Positions 63,818 to 64,000 of a stretch of 64,000 nt of DNA are shown in pieces. The notes under the pieces are model-generated. The model was given only the letters and a program-made list of their open reading frames with translations, was not told where the DNA came from and ran no database searches. The position numbers and the translations under genes were made by a program. Source of the stretch: Candidatus Bathyarchaeota archaeon (GTDB lineage: Archaea > Thermoproteota > Bathyarchaeia > Bathyarchaeales > Bathyarchaeaceae); NCBI GenBank assembly GCA_963772765.1, contig CAVYYP010000013.1, positions 560,308-624,307 of the forward strand. The letters run 5' to 3'. Positions within the stretch are counted from its first letter, which is position 1. Every line of letters begins with the position of its first letter.

Positions 63818-64000
63818 ATGAGAAGAAATTTTCGCAGTCGCAAGAATTCGGGACAGACACTTGTCATTACCGCTCTTGTCATATCTTTGTTGATTCTTTC
63901 TGTGTTTTATAGTATGTTTGAGGCTGGAAGAAAAACTGAAACACGGTCTGCAACAACCTTAAACGATTATGTTATTGCCACAAAACTAGGATTAGATAAT
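63818..64000 (+). CDS. Minor pilin-like protein, 5' part (runs off the window)
   Basis: MRRNFRSRKNSGQTLVITALVISLLILSVFYSMF is a basic n-region, G-Q, then a hydrophobic helix. Confidence 0.45.
   Translation, partial: MRRNFRSRKNSGQTLVITALVISLLILSVFYSMFEAGRKTETRSATTLNDYVIATKLGLDN

Overview
AT-rich, densely coded archaeal chromosomal segment of about 60 genes. I recognised no rRNA, tRNA or CRISPR array. Archaeal hallmarks: PEF-CTERM anchors, CobY, a CheC/CheD-type che cluster, class III signal peptides, a UbiA plus Tes-like lipid operon, a PAC2 protein and a Dph6-like protein.

Layout, left to right:
- 0-6.3 kb: tail of a PEF-CTERM protein; a 5'-truncated BtuD/FepC-like ABC ATPase abutting a 240-nt GC-rich structured island; a response regulator and multi-PAS histidine kinase; an HUH Rep-like remnant; frameshifted cbiZ; a Dph6-like PP-loop ATPase.
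- 6.4-21.3 kb: radical-SAM and cobamide neighbourhood. It holds two SPASM enzymes, two HemN-like paralogs, DUF362, cobD, cobY and cobS, interleaved with glycosyltransferases and a beta-helix surface protein.
- 21.4-22.2 kb: repeat copy plus a decayed gene.
- 22.3-27.5 kb: disulfide oxidoreductase, then an epimerase - UbiA - Tes-like radical SAM operon.
- 27.8-43.5 kb: surface and envelope genes (PQQ-propeller protein, sequon-rich protein, PEF-CTERM proteins, glycosyltransferases) with gatB, gatA and gatC in between.
- 44.1-56.3 kb, minus strand: full che cluster (cheA, cheY, cheD, two cheC, cheR, two MCP-cheW modules, cheB).
- 56.5-64 kb, plus strand: a type IV filament locus (pilin/archaellin-like genes, ArlI/PilB-type ATPase, ArlJ/PilC-type platform, more pilin-like genes).

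Most notable observations:
- The che cluster sits head-to-head with a filament locus that, within this window, lacks ArlH, ArlCDE/ArlX and CheF.
- The two TM-less chemoreceptors are built from four PAS-like modules with an invariant C-x8-C-x4-C-x-C motif.
- A three-copy intergenic repeat family has two inverted copies bracketing 21 kb.
- A GC-rich structured island replaces the 5' half of the ABC ATPase gene, next to a Rep remnant.
- A HemN-like radical SAM gene is in-line with cobS and cobY.
- There are many single-base frame disruptions, mostly at short homopolymers. They may be assembly errors rather than true pseudogenes.

All calls rest on reading the translations and sequence by eye. No searches were run.
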